Below are positions 1 through 9,012 of a stretch of 64,000 bases of DNA, piece after piece. The DNA comes from an uncultured Coriobacteriia bacterium. GTDB taxonomy: Bacteria > Actinomycetota > Coriobacteriia > Anaerosomatales > JAAXUF01. A model generated the notes under the pieces. The model saw only the letters and a list, made by a program, of their open reading frames with translations. It did no database searches and was not told the DNA's origin. Position numbers and translations under genes: made by a program. The DNA lies in the NCBI GenBank assembly GCA_963789515.1, contig CAWBKW010000002.1:510464-574463 (forward strand), in the 5' to 3' direction. Each line of letters begins with the position of its first letter. Position 1 is the first letter of the stretch.

Positions 1-713
1 CGCTGCTGGCGCAAGTCGACTCCTCGGTGGGCGGCAAGACGGGAGTCGACCTGCCGGCCGGCAAGAACCTGGTCGGAGCCTTCAAGCAGCCGCTGCTTGT
101 CGTCGCCGACACCGCGACGCTCACCTCGCTCCCGGACCCTGAGTGGGCCAGTGGGCTTGCGGAGGCGGCAAAGAGCGCGGTCATCGGTGGGGAATCGTTT
201 CTGAGCTGGATTGAGCAGAATGCGGCAGACCTCAAGAATCGCGACGGCCGTGTGACCGCCGATACAGTGGTACGGTGCGTCACATTCAAGTCAGGGGTCG
301 TTCGTTCCGATGAGAAGGAAGACGGTGTGCGCGAGTGCCTGAACTATGGTCACACGCTCGGGCATGCCATTGAAAAGGTCGCTGGATACGGCGTCGTGCC
401 TCACGGTGTTGCAGTCGCCGAGGGCATGCGATTCGCCGCCCGGCTCTCGGTAGAGGCCGGGCACGGAAGCGTCGAGTTCGTTCAGAGGCAGGACCGCCTC
501 TTGGACGACATGGGGCTTCCGGCGATGAGAACGTCCTATCCGCCGGGTGAACTCCTGGAAGCGATGCATTCCGACAAGAAGGCGAGAGGCGGACACGTGC
601 GATTCGTTCTCCCGGATGCACCGGGCCTGTGGCGATGCGAACCGGTCGCCGACGCGATGATCGGGGAGCATCTGGCCGCATGGGCGGACTCGAAGAGAGG
701 GACTGACGGATGA
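1..713 (+). CDS. aroB: 3-dehydroquinate synthase, C-terminal part (5' end lies outside window)
   Basis: ORF 27..713 translation carries the DHQ synthase C-terminal motifs (…[11 protein letters not shown]…). Its stop overlaps the aroQ start as ATGA at 710-713. Confidence 0.85.
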   Translation, partial: LLAQVDSSVGGKTGVDLPAGKNLVGAFKQPLLVVADTATLTSLPDPEWASGLAEAAKSAVIGGESFLSWIEQNAADLKNRDGRVTADTVVRCVTFKSGVVRSDEKEDGVRECLNYGHTLGHAIEKVAGYGVVPHGVAVAEGMRFAARLSVEAGHGSVEFVQRQDRLLDDMGLPAMRTSYPPGELLEAMHSDKKARGGHVRFVLPDAPGLWRCEPVADAMIGEHLAAWADSKRGTDG

Positions 714-1144
714 AGCGCATCCTCGTGCTCAACGGGCCGAACCTCAACCTCCTCGGAGGCCGCGAACCGTCGGTCTACGGGACCGTCGGACTCGCCGAGA
801 TCGAGGCGCGGCTGACAGACCTGGCAAGCGAGTTGGGCGTGCAGGTCGCCTTCGGCCAGAGCAATCACGAAGGCGAGCTGATCGACATGCTGCACGCGGC
901 GCAAGGTGCGTATGACGCGGTCGTGCTGAACCCCGGGGCCTTCACGCACTACTCCTATGCATTGCGTGATGCGGTGTCGGCGATCGACGTTCCGGTCGTG
1001 GAGATTCACCTGTCCAACATCGCGGACAGGGAGAGCTTCCGCCATCTCAGCGTCATCGCGCCGGCGTGTGTCGGCCAGATCAGCGGGTTCGGTGCGTTCT
1101 CGTACTACCTCGGCCTGAGAGCGGCGATTGAATCCTCCGGCTGA
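710..1144 (+). CDS. aroQ: type II 3-dehydroquinate dehydratase
   Basis: [16 protein letters not shown]…[15 protein letters not shown]…EIHLSNI is the classic type II dehydroquinase signature. About 144 aa. Confidence 0.9.
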   Translation: MKRILVLNGPNLNLLGGREPSVYGTVGLAEIEARLTDLASELGVQVAFGQSNHEGELIDMLHAAQGAYDAVVLNPGAFTHYSYALRDAVSAIDVPVVEIHLSNIADRESFRHLSVIAPACVGQISGFGAFSYYLGLRAAIESSG

Positions 1145-3234
1145 TGCCGGTGTCTAGACAGGCACGTGACCTCACGCCAGACGCGAGAGGATCGATGCGG
1201 GCAGAAGGAAGTGGCACGATGGGCTGGCTCAAGCGGTTCATGGGCGATGATTCGGGATTCACTGTGGTCGAGTATCTCGTGGCCGCGGCGATTCTCTTCA
1301 TCGTGTCCACCGGCGTGATGGGCGCACTCGCCTACGCCAGCACGGCGAACGCGTCGACGGCCATGCGCGAGCTCGGGCTGGAAGTCGCCAACCAGAGGAT
1401 GGAGCAGGCCCGCAACCTGCCCTACGACAGCCTCGGAACCACGAACGGCTATCCCCTCGGTACCATCGTCACCCCTGACACGGTGACGGTCGCCACACCC
1501 GAGGGCACCAAGACGTTCATCGTGGTGACCGAAGTGGACTGGTCGGTGGACTCGGCATCGAATCTGTCCTCCGACAAGACTGTGCGCATCACGGTGTCGT
1601 GGGCCAATCCGAGACCGGGTAGCGTGTCTGTCGAATCCAGTGTCGTGGGCAAGTCCACGCTCACGAATGCCGGCGACGTGAAGATCAACATCGTCGACTC
1701 GGACACGAGCGCAAAAGTGCCGGGGGCGACGATCACCATCAAGCCCTCCGGCGGGTTGACGGTCTCGAAGACGACCGGCGTCGACGGATTCGTGCGATGG
1801 GGGAAGGTGCCCGCGGGGTCGGTCACGATCACGGGCACGTGCTCCACGCACTACCTCGACATGTCTCCGGTGAGCGGCGCGATCGTACTGACCGGACAAC
1901 TCAACGAGTGGACCATCCAGGCGGTGCGCCCGAGCAGCGGGACGGTGCACGTCACCGACCAGCTGGGTAACGACCTGGCCGGCGTCGCGGTGACCATCAG
2001 CGGTCCCGCCGGTTCGGCGGACTGGAGCTGTCCGACGGGCACCGGCACGGTGACGTCCGACGCGAACGGCAACGCCATCTTCCCGAAACTGCGAAAGGGC
2101 ACGTACACCGTGACGGGAGCCCTGGCCAACTACGCCGTGCAGGCGTCTCCGCCCACCCTCAATGTGATCGCCGGGGGAGGCTCGTACACGAGCCAGCTTC
2201 GCATGGACCGGCTCACCAACATACGGGTCACGGTGGTCGACAGCAGCAACAACCCCATATCCGGTGCGACGGTGAGCGCTACCGGCGTCACCTTCCCCGC
2301 AACGACCAACGCGAGTGGTCAGGCGACGAGCAACGACATGGGCGCGATCGGCACCAACAAGACCTACACCGTGACCGCCACCAGGATCGGATACCTGTCC
2401 AATACCGGTACCGTCACACTCAGTCAGTACACCCAGGGAACGCTCACCATCGTCCTCTCGACGCCGCCGCCGACGACGATCAAAGTCACGGTGCTCGACA
2501 ACAGCAACAACCCGATCTCCGGGGCCACCGTGAGTGCCACCGGCGTCACCTTCGCCTCCACGACGAACGCAAGCGGTCAGGCGACCAGCAATGACATGGG
2601 CGCGATCGGCACCAACGTGAGCTACACGGTGACCGCGGCGAAGACGGGCTACAGCTCGAACACCGGTGTCGTCACGCTGAGTCAGTACACGCAGGGCACA
2701 CTCACCATCAAGCTGTCACCTCCGCCGCCGACGACCATCAAGGTCACGGTCACCGACAACAAGGGCAAGCCGATACCCGGTGCCACGGTCAGCGCGAGCG
2801 GTGTGACCTTCGCGTCCACGACCGACGCCAACGGTCAGGCGACCAGCAACGACATGGGTGCCATCGGCACCAACAAGACCTACACCGTCACCGCCGCGAA
2901 GACCGGCTGGGTGAGCAAGACCGGAACGGTCACATTGAGCCAGAACACCCAGGGAACGGTGACCATCGCGCTGCGGGCGACGCTCGAGGTCACCTACAGC
3001 ACGGGGACCTACCCTGTGACGATCTACATCTACACGAGCAGAACGGCCGGCAGTTCCCCCGCCTACCAGCAGACGATGGCGAGCGCTGCCGACTCACCCG
3101 CGTCCTTCGCGCTGCCGGACGGGACCTACTACGTCAGCCAGCGCAGCACCTACAGTTCGCTCCCCTCGGCACCGAAGTCCGCAGTGGTTGCGGCCGGCAG
3201 TACGCGCACCATTTCGATCTCGAATCAGAACTAG
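1144..3234 (+). CDS. large type IV pilin-like protein with a class III (prepilin) signal peptide followed by about five CarboxypepD_reg/Ig-like beta domains
   Basis: N-terminus …MGWLKRFMGDDSG|FTVVEYLVAAAILFIVSTGVMGALAYA has a basic leader, G, then FTxxE and a hydrophobic helix, the prepilin peptidase substrate motif. The start is uncertain. ATG 1144 overlaps the aroQ stop as TGATG. ATG 1195 and ATG 1219 both have RBS-like GGAG upstream and would give a shorter, more typical leader. The C-terminal two thirds consist of repeated ~86-aa T/S/G-rich domains. Confidence 0.6.
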   Translation: MPVSRQARDLTPDARGSMRAEGSGTMGWLKRFMGDDSGFTVVEYLVAAAILFIVSTGVMGALAYASTANASTAMRELGLEVANQRMEQARNLPYDSLGTTNGYPLGTIVTPDTVTVATPEGTKTFIVVTEVDWSVDSASNLSSDKTVRITVSWANPRPGSVSVESSVVGKSTLTNAGDVKINIVDSDTSAKVPGATITIKPSGGLTVSKTTGVDGFVRWGKVPAGSVTITGTCSTHYLDMSPVSGAIVLTGQLNEWTIQAVRPSSGTVHVTDQLGNDLAGVAVTISGPAGSADWSCPTGTGTVTSDANGNAIFPKLRKGTYTVTGALANYAVQASPPTLNVIAGGGSYTSQLRMDRLTNIRVTVVDSSNNPISGATVSATGVTFPATTNASGQATSNDMGAIGTNKTYTVTATRIGYLSNTGTVTLSQYTQGTLTIVLSTPPPTTIKVTVLDNSNNPISGATVSATGVTFASTTNASGQATSNDMGAIGTNVSYTVTAAKTGYSSNTGVVTLSQYTQGTLTIKLSPPPPTTIKVTVTDNKGKPIPGATVSASGVTFASTTDANGQATSNDMGAIGTNKTYTVTAAKTGWVSKTGTVTLSQNTQGTVTIALRATLEVTYSTGTYPVTIYIYTSRTAGSSPAYQQTMASAADSPASFALPDGTYYVSQRSTYSSLPSAPKSAVVAAGSTRTISISNQN
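2221..2990 (+). repeat. three near-identical ~258-bp tandem coding repeats (86-aa units) inside the pilin-like gene
   Basis: The protein-level repeats are RVTVVDSSNNPISGATVSATGVTF…LSQYTQGTLTI…PPPTTIK, then VTVLDNSNNPISGATVSATGVTF…, then VTVTDNKGKPIPGATVSASGVTF…. The DNA units start near 2221, 2476 and 2734. Confidence 0.8.
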
Positions 3235-3242
3235 GGACAGCC

Positions 3243-3896
3243 ATGCCATCACTACGAGACGACAGCGGTCTTTCACTCACGGAACTGCTTGTGGTGTCCG
3301 TGCTCATCTCGGTCATCCTGGCGGCCTCCTACTTCATGTTCGCCGCGGCGCAGAGCATGAACAACATCGCCATGGCGCGTTCGATCGCGTCGGACGAATC
3401 GCAGGCCGCCATCGACCTGATGTCGCTGGAACTCAGGCAGGCCCAGGAGAACGTTCCGGACAACGGTGTGTTCAAGCTCGCGGGTGCGAGCGACATGAAG
3501 TTCTACAGCGACTTGGACCACGACGGGCGCCCTGAACTCGTGCGCTACTACGTCGAGGGCGGCTCACTCAAGCGAACCGTCGCCCCGCCGACGAACAACG
3601 CACCGCCGTTCACAAACCCCACCCCCGGAGCGCCTAAGATCCTCGTCAAGACGCTTGGAACGTCAGCGGGGCCGGTCTTCTGCTACCACAGCACGGTGGT
3701 GAACACCACCGCGGTCTGCGGGACGGCCGAACACGGATTCAACATCGTGACGACGTCAGATCCGTACAACACCACCCCGAAGATTTCGATGGTGGGAATC
3801 AAGATCGACGACGTGAACAAGTCCGGAGACAAGACGATAACGGTGATCAGCAGGGCGCTCGTGCGCATGCGTACGGTAGAGAACACGGTGAAGTAG
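3243..3896 (+). CDS. prepilin-type N-terminal cleavage/methylation domain protein (minor pilin / pseudopilin-like)
   Basis: MPSLRDDSG|LSLTELLVVSVLISVILAASYFMF has G-LSLTE plus a hydrophobic helix. About 217 aa. It starts 9 bp after the previous stop. Confidence 0.6.
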   Translation: MPSLRDDSGLSLTELLVVSVLISVILAASYFMFAAAQSMNNIAMARSIASDESQAAIDLMSLELRQAQENVPDNGVFKLAGASDMKFYSDLDHDGRPELVRYYVEGGSLKRTVAPPTNNAPPFTNPTPGAPKILVKTLGTSAGPVFCYHSTVVNTTAVCGTAEHGFNIVTTSDPYNTTPKISMVGIKIDDVNKSGDKTITVISRALVRMRTVENTVK

Positions 3897-3898
3897 AG

Positions 3899-5235
3899 AT
3901 GAAACACACAGACTGCTCCAACCCGTTCAGGCGAATGCTCGCGAGTGATTCAGGCATGGCATTGGCGGTGGTGATGCTCATGTCGTCGATCCTGTTCCTG
4001 CTCGCCACGACGGTGTTGCTGCTGGTGACGTATCGAGAGAAGCAGACTACGGCCGTGACCGAAGGCGACCAGTCCATGCACATCGCGGACGCCGGCCTCA
4101 ACGAATACGTCTACCAGCTGAGCCAGCAGTACGACTACTGGAAGACGCACTCGACCCTCGGTCCCACGGAGATGCAGGGCGGGGAGTGGATGGTGACGCA
4201 GAGCACCTCTGCTTCAGGCACCTTGGTTCTCACTTCGGTGGGCACGCTGCCGAACGGCAAGTCACGGACGGTGCGGGGAACGGTTCGTTTTCCGAGCTAC
4301 GCAGATTACGTCGTGCTGGTGGACAGGGGGCCGTACAGCATCGGCACGGGCGCGACGTTCTACGGCAACGTTCGCTGCAACGGCAACATATCCAACTCCG
4401 GCATCATCGCCGGACTTGCCGAGGCCGGAGGGACGTGCTCCTACGGCACGTCCTACGCCTACAACTACCCCGGTGGCTACAAGAACAACGTGTCGAAGGT
4501 GGACTTCAGCCAGCTCACCACGGACCTCCAGAAGATGAAGACGTCTGCACAAGCGGCCGGGGTCTACTACCCTGCGTCCGGCCAGCTTGGCTACAACGTC
4601 GTGCTCAACGGTCCGCAGGCGACGATCTACAAGATCACTGCCATCAACAAGAACAAGCCGCGGACCGGCGTCAGCACCGACCCGACTGCTTGGCGCAGTT
4701 CACTCAGACGCTCGTCGGCACCGCGGTCATCCCGGCGGACGGCGTGCTCTTCTTCGACGATGACGTGTGGGTTTCCGGTACCTACTCTGCGGCAGTCACG
4801 GTCGCCACGAGCGCGGACCTCTGGTGCCCCGGCGATCTGCTGCCGACGAACCCGAGCTCGACCGTCACCTGCGGGCTCGTCGCGGGGGGCCAGGTGCTCT
4901 TCCCGTGGTGGTACGGGACCATGCCGGATGATCAGGTCGTTCAGGCGGCGACTCTCTCTCAGACCGCCGGAGTCGGTCCCGATGCGCCGTCAGGCCTCAA
5001 GCAGTACAACACCACCACCGGCACGTGGTCGTCCAGCTATACCATGGGGTCGGCCGACTACAAGAGTTCAGTCACGCTCAAGGGCGGCCGCGCCATGGTC
5101 CAGATGATCGGTTTCTCGGCGGGGTACGACACCCGTAACTTCGAGATGGACCCGCGGCTCATCGACAATCCGCCTCCCCTCTACCCACAGATCCGCGATG
5201 GATCGTTGCGGGTCGACACCTGGCTCGAGAACTAG
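3899..5235 (+). CDS. PilX-N-terminal-like pilus assembly / minor pilin protein, with an apparent frameshift near 4670-4690
   Basis: N-terminus MKHTDCSNPFRRMLASDSGMALAVVMLMSSILFLLATTVLLL resembles the PilX N-terminal domain. A sensible translation runs in frame 2 from 3899 to about 4670, then continues in frame 1 (…LAQFTQTLVGTAVIPADGVLFFDDDVWVSG…) to the stop at 5235. The frame-2 tail is Arg/Ser-rich junk. Confidence 0.45.
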
Positions 5236-5260
5236 GGTCGGCAGGTCGCGCATAGGCGTA

Positions 5261-5298
5261 GAATCCCTTCGAGGTGACCCTACTTCGAAGGGATTCAG
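5261..5298 (+). terminator. hairpin downstream of the pilin-like cluster (13-bp stem GAATCCCTTCGAG/…TTCGAAGGGATTC)
   Basis: The inverted repeat was read directly: gaatcccttcgagg tgaccctac ttcgaagggattc. There is no U-tract, which is common in high-GC genomes. Confidence 0.5.
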
Positions 5299-5299
5299 C

Positions 5300-6393
5300 G
5301 TGTCTGACGCCGCTCGCAGGCTCCAAGCAGTCCGCCGATCACTCAGCGATGCCGACTGCGGGGCGTTCGTCGTCCTCGGGGTCGCCAACGTTGCCTACCT
5401 GAGCGGGTTCGCCGAGTGTGTGGGACGACGAGCCGTTCTCGCTTCTCCTGGTCACAGCCGAGGACGCGGTCGTGGTGACGGACAGCCGCTATCGCGAGTC
5501 GGCCGAGCGCGCCGCACAAGGCTCATCGTGGCGGGTGACCCTGTGCGGCGCAGATCCCTGGGACGACGCCCTCGAGCTTGCGGTTGACGCGGGCGTCACG
5601 CGTCTGGCCGTCGAGTCCTCCGCACCCTTCAAGGTCGTTGAGCGCGCGCGCGGCTTCGTTCGCAGGCGAGATCGTGCCCGTGGACGGATGGGTCGAAGCC
5701 GTACGCGTGGTGAAGGACGCCGGGGAGGTTGCCAGGATCGCGGAAGCCCAGGAGCTGACCGACGCCGCCTTCGACCACATGCTCGACTTCGTGTCAGCGG
5801 GTATGACCGAGACGCAGGTCGCCCTCGAGATCGAGTTCTTCATGCGCTCCGAAGGGTCTGACGGCATCGCGTTTCCACCGATCGTCGCCAGTGGTCCGAA
5901 CTCGGCGCTCCCGCACGCCCATCCCGGGTCGCGCAAGCTGGAACAAGGCGACTTCCTGAAGATGGACTTCGGAGCCCGGGTCGGCGGGTACTGCGCCGAC
6001 ATGACGCGCACGATCGTGATCGGGACCGCCAGCCTCCGACAGCGCGAGATCTACGACGCGGTCCTGTCGGCGAACCTGGCCGGGATCGCCGCGGTCAAGC
6101 CGGGCCTCGCGGGGCGCGATATCGACGCCGTCGCGCGCTCGGTGATCGAGGCGGCCGGTTTCGGAGACAACTTCGGGCACGGACTTGGCCACGGCGTCGG
6201 GCTCGAGGTCCACGAACTCCCCGGTCTCGGTGCGCGCAGCACCGCGCCCGTTCCGCTGGGAAGCGTGGTGACCGTCGAGCCGGGCATCTATGTGCCCGGG
6301 TTCGGCGGTGTTAGAATCGAGGACTTAGTGGTGGTCGAAGAGGCGGGGGCACGCGTGCTCACGCGCTCGACCAAGGAGCTCATCGAGCTGTAG
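5300..6393 (+). CDS. pepQ: Xaa-Pro dipeptidase/aminopeptidase (M24B family); two apparent frameshifts
   Basis: The C-terminal 270 aa (ORF 5578..6393) carry the M24 metal-ligand motifs (…DFGARVGGYCADMTRT…GHGLGHGVGLEVHE…RIEDLVVV). The N-terminal creatinase-like domain is split over frame 2 (GTG 5300 …VSDAARRLQ…YLSGFA), frame 0 (…PFSLLLVTAEDAVVVTDSRY…) and frame 1, with shifts near 5420 and 5650. Position matches Rv2535c-like synteny (aroB-aroQ…pepQ-efp-nusB). Confidence 0.8.
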
Positions 6394-6439
6394 ACGACGC
6401 CGGCCGGGCGTGGTGAGACATTGAAGAAGGAGTACGGCT

Positions 6440-7000
6440 GTGTCTGTGACGACCGCGAACTTCAAGAACGGCATGTGCATCATCCACGACGGCAAGCGCT
6501 GGACGATCATCGATTTCCAGCACGTCAAGCCCGGCAAGGGCGGCGCCTTCGTGAGGACCAAGCTCAAGGAGCTCAAGAGCGGGCGAGTGGTCGAGTACAC
6601 GTTCCGCGCGGGTGAGAAGTTCGAGGACGTGCGCATCGAAACCAAGAAGATGCAGTACCTGTACAACGACGGGGACACGTTCTACTTCATGGACAACACC
6701 TCCTACGAGCAGGTGGAGCTCGACAAGGATTTCGTCGGCGACCAGGCCAAGTGGCTCAAGGAGAACGACGAGGTCGAGATCATGACCGCCGACGGCGAGT
6801 ACATGGGCGTCGAGCCCCCGATGTTCGTCGAGCTCGAGGTCACCGAGACGGATCCCGGCTTCAAGGGAGACACCGTCCAGGGCGGAACCAAACCGGCGAC
6901 GATGGAGACCGGCGCGGTCATCCAGGTTCCGATGTTCATCAATACCGGCGAGGTACTGAAGATCGACACGCGAGACGGGCGCTACATCACGCGCGTCTAA
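6440..7000 (+). CDS. efp: elongation factor P
   Basis: MSVTTANFKNGMCIIHDGKRWTIIDFQHVKPGKGGAFVRTKLKELKSG… spans the full 186 aa. GTG start with a GAAGGAG RBS. Confidence 0.95.
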   Translation: MSVTTANFKNGMCIIHDGKRWTIIDFQHVKPGKGGAFVRTKLKELKSGRVVEYTFRAGEKFEDVRIETKKMQYLYNDGDTFYFMDNTSYEQVELDKDFVGDQAKWLKENDEVEIMTADGEYMGVEPPMFVELEVTETDPGFKGDTVQGGTKPATMETGAVIQVPMFINTGEVLKIDTRDGRYITRV

Positions 7001-7029
7001 CTCACTTTCACCGCAGACGCACTCAAGGG

Positions 7030-7059
7030 GGCCGGGCGCAGATGTACGAGCGTCCGGCC
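7030..7059 (+). terminator. candidate efp terminator hairpin (10-bp stem with one G·U, 10-nt loop)
   Basis: ggccgggcgc agatgtacga gcgtccggcc sits 30 nt after the efp stop. It is followed by tcgtatatact. Confidence 0.4.
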
Positions 7060-7155
7060 TCGTATATACTCGACGTTCACAGATGTCCGCGCGGACGCTG
7101 GAACTCCGGGAGTTCGGCGCCCGTTTGATGCACGCTTCACGCAAGGGGAAACGCG

Positions 7156-9006
7156 ATGCGACCTGTGCACATCACCGACACGACGTTGCGCGACGCGCAC
7201 CAGTCGCTGTGGGCGACGCGCATGGAGATCGGCGATATGCTGCCGATTCTTCCCAAGATGGACTCGGTCGGATACTGGTCGCTCGAGGTCTGGGGCGGCG
7301 CCACGTTCGACGCGGCCCTGAGATTCTTGGACGAGAACCCGTGGGAGCGGCTGCGGACCATCAAGCAGCACTGCCCCAATACACCGCTGCAGATGCTGCT
7401 TCGCGGGCAGAACCTCGTCGGCTATCACCACTATTCCGACGAGATCGTGAACCGGTTCGTCTGCGCGTCCAAGCGCAACGGCATCGAGGTCTTCCGCGTG
7501 TTCGACGCGCTGAACGACATCCGAAACGTCGTGGCATCTGCCGAGGCGATCAAGGAGTGTGGCGGCCTGTTCGAGGGCGCCATCTCCTACACGGTCAGCC
7601 CCGTCCACACCCTCGACTCGTACCTCGAGTACGCGCAGGAGCTCAAGGACCTCGGTGCGGACACGATCTGCATCAAGGACATGGCGGGCATGCTGACCCC
7701 GTTCCGCACCGAGAAGATGGTTCGGGCGCTCAAGACCGAGATCGGGCTTCCGGTCCACGTGCACTGCCACTACATCGGCGGCATGGCGCCCATGAACTAC
7801 GTGAAGGCCGCCGAGGCGGGAGCCGATATCGTCGACACGGCGGTCGTCTCGCTCGCCTTCGGGAACAGCCAGCCGGCTGTGGAGACCATCGTCGCGGCCC
7901 TCATGGAGTCGCCGTACGACACCGGGCTCGATCTCGAACTGCTCTTCGAGATCGCCGAGTACTGGGAGGGTGTCCGCGAGCGCAAGCAGCTCAAGCGCGG
8001 TATCACCACCCTTCTGTCGATGGAGGTCTTCAGCCACCAGGTTCCAGGCGGAATGATGAGCAACCTCGTCTCTCAGCTCGAGGCGCAGAAGGCGAGCGAT
8101 AGGCTCAATGACGTGATGCGTGAGATCGCGATCGTGCGCGCCGAGGTGGGTTACCCGCCGCTCGTGACACCGATGTCCCAGATCGTCGGGACACAGGCCG
8201 TCATCAACGTGCTCACGGGCAAGCGCTGGAGCGTCGTGCCCAACGAGATGAAGGACTACATTCGCGGCTACTACGGCAAGGCGCCCGGTCCGATGGACCA
8301 GACGATCGTCGCGAAGGTCCTGGCCGGCGCCGACCCGCTGCCCTCCGACATACGTCCCGGCTCGCTCGTCGCGACCACGTACGCCGAGGTCGAGGCCGAG
8401 ATCGGGGACCTCGCCAAGAGCGAGGAAGACGTTCTGATGTACGCCTTGTTCCCGAACGAAGCACGCCAGTATCTGTCCGCTCACCGGGAAGGGGCCGAAG
8501 GGGCCGTCTTCCTCATGAGCGAGGAGCTCCAATCCGTCAGGGAGGACGAAGCCGTGGACGTAGGCCAGATTCGCGAACTGATCAAGGTCATCGAGGCCTC
8601 AGACGTGTCCGAGGTCGTCATCGAAGAGGGCGACTCCAAGATCACCGTGCGCCGCGGATTCGTCGCTTCTGCACCGGTCGCGCAAGGGGCCACGGCCCCG
8701 GCGGCTGCGGCCGCCCCCGCGGCAGCGTCCGAGCCTTCCGCCCCGGTCGGATCTCGCCCGGCGTCGTGGAAGACGATCACCGCACCGATGGTGGGGACGT
8801 TCTACTCGGCGCCGTCGCCCGGGTCGCCGGACTTCGTCGACGTCGGGGACGCCTTCGAGGAAGGCGCGACGATGTGCATCCTGGAGGCCATGAAGCTCAT
8901 GAACGAGATCGTCTCCGAGGAATCGGGCGTGGTCCGCGAGATCGCCGTCAGCAACGGCGACGCGGTCGAGTACGGTACCGTGCTCTTCTACTACGAGCCC
9001 AGCTAG
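7156..9006 (+). CDS. carboxyltransferase (PycB / oxaloacetate decarboxylase alpha, 5S-type) fused to a C-terminal biotin carboxyl carrier domain
   Basis: The N-terminus MRPVHITDTTLRDAHQSLWATRMEIGDMLPI…EVWGGATFD is the PYC_OADA carboxyltransferase TIM-barrel. An Ala/Pro-rich linker follows. The C-terminus …CILEAMKLMNEI… carries the biotinyl-lysine motif (AMK). Confidence 0.8.
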   Translation: MRPVHITDTTLRDAHQSLWATRMEIGDMLPILPKMDSVGYWSLEVWGGATFDAALRFLDENPWERLRTIKQHCPNTPLQMLLRGQNLVGYHHYSDEIVNRFVCASKRNGIEVFRVFDALNDIRNVVASAEAIKECGGLFEGAISYTVSPVHTLDSYLEYAQELKDLGADTICIKDMAGMLTPFRTEKMVRALKTEIGLPVHVHCHYIGGMAPMNYVKAAEAGADIVDTAVVSLAFGNSQPAVETIVAALMESPYDTGLDLELLFEIAEYWEGVRERKQLKRGITTLLSMEVFSHQVPGGMMSNLVSQLEAQKASDRLNDVMREIAIVRAEVGYPPLVTPMSQIVGTQAVINVLTGKRWSVVPNEMKDYIRGYYGKAPGPMDQTIVAKVLAGADPLPSDIRPGSLVATTYAEVEAEIGDLAKSEEDVLMYALFPNEARQYLSAHREGAEGAVFLMSEELQSVREDEAVDVGQIRELIKVIEASDVSEVVIEEGDSKITVRRGFVASAPVAQGATAPAAAAAPAAASEPSAPVGSRPASWKTITAPMVGTFYSAPSPGSPDFVDVGDAFEEGATMCILEAMKLMNEIVSEESGVVREIAVSNGDAVEYGTVLFYYEPS

Positions 9007-9012
9007 CCGGAG

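Noticed and set aside
1105-1950. Long antisense or overlapping ORFs throughout, e.g. 1105..1950(-), 6997..8532(-), 19698..21353(-), 26837..28012(-), 31010..32749(-), 50140..51384(-).
   Set aside because: Their translations are Arg/Pro/Gly/His-rich low-complexity sequence typical of the out-of-frame or antisense reading of a GC-rich gene. Each lies entirely inside a confidently identified gene on the other strand or frame.
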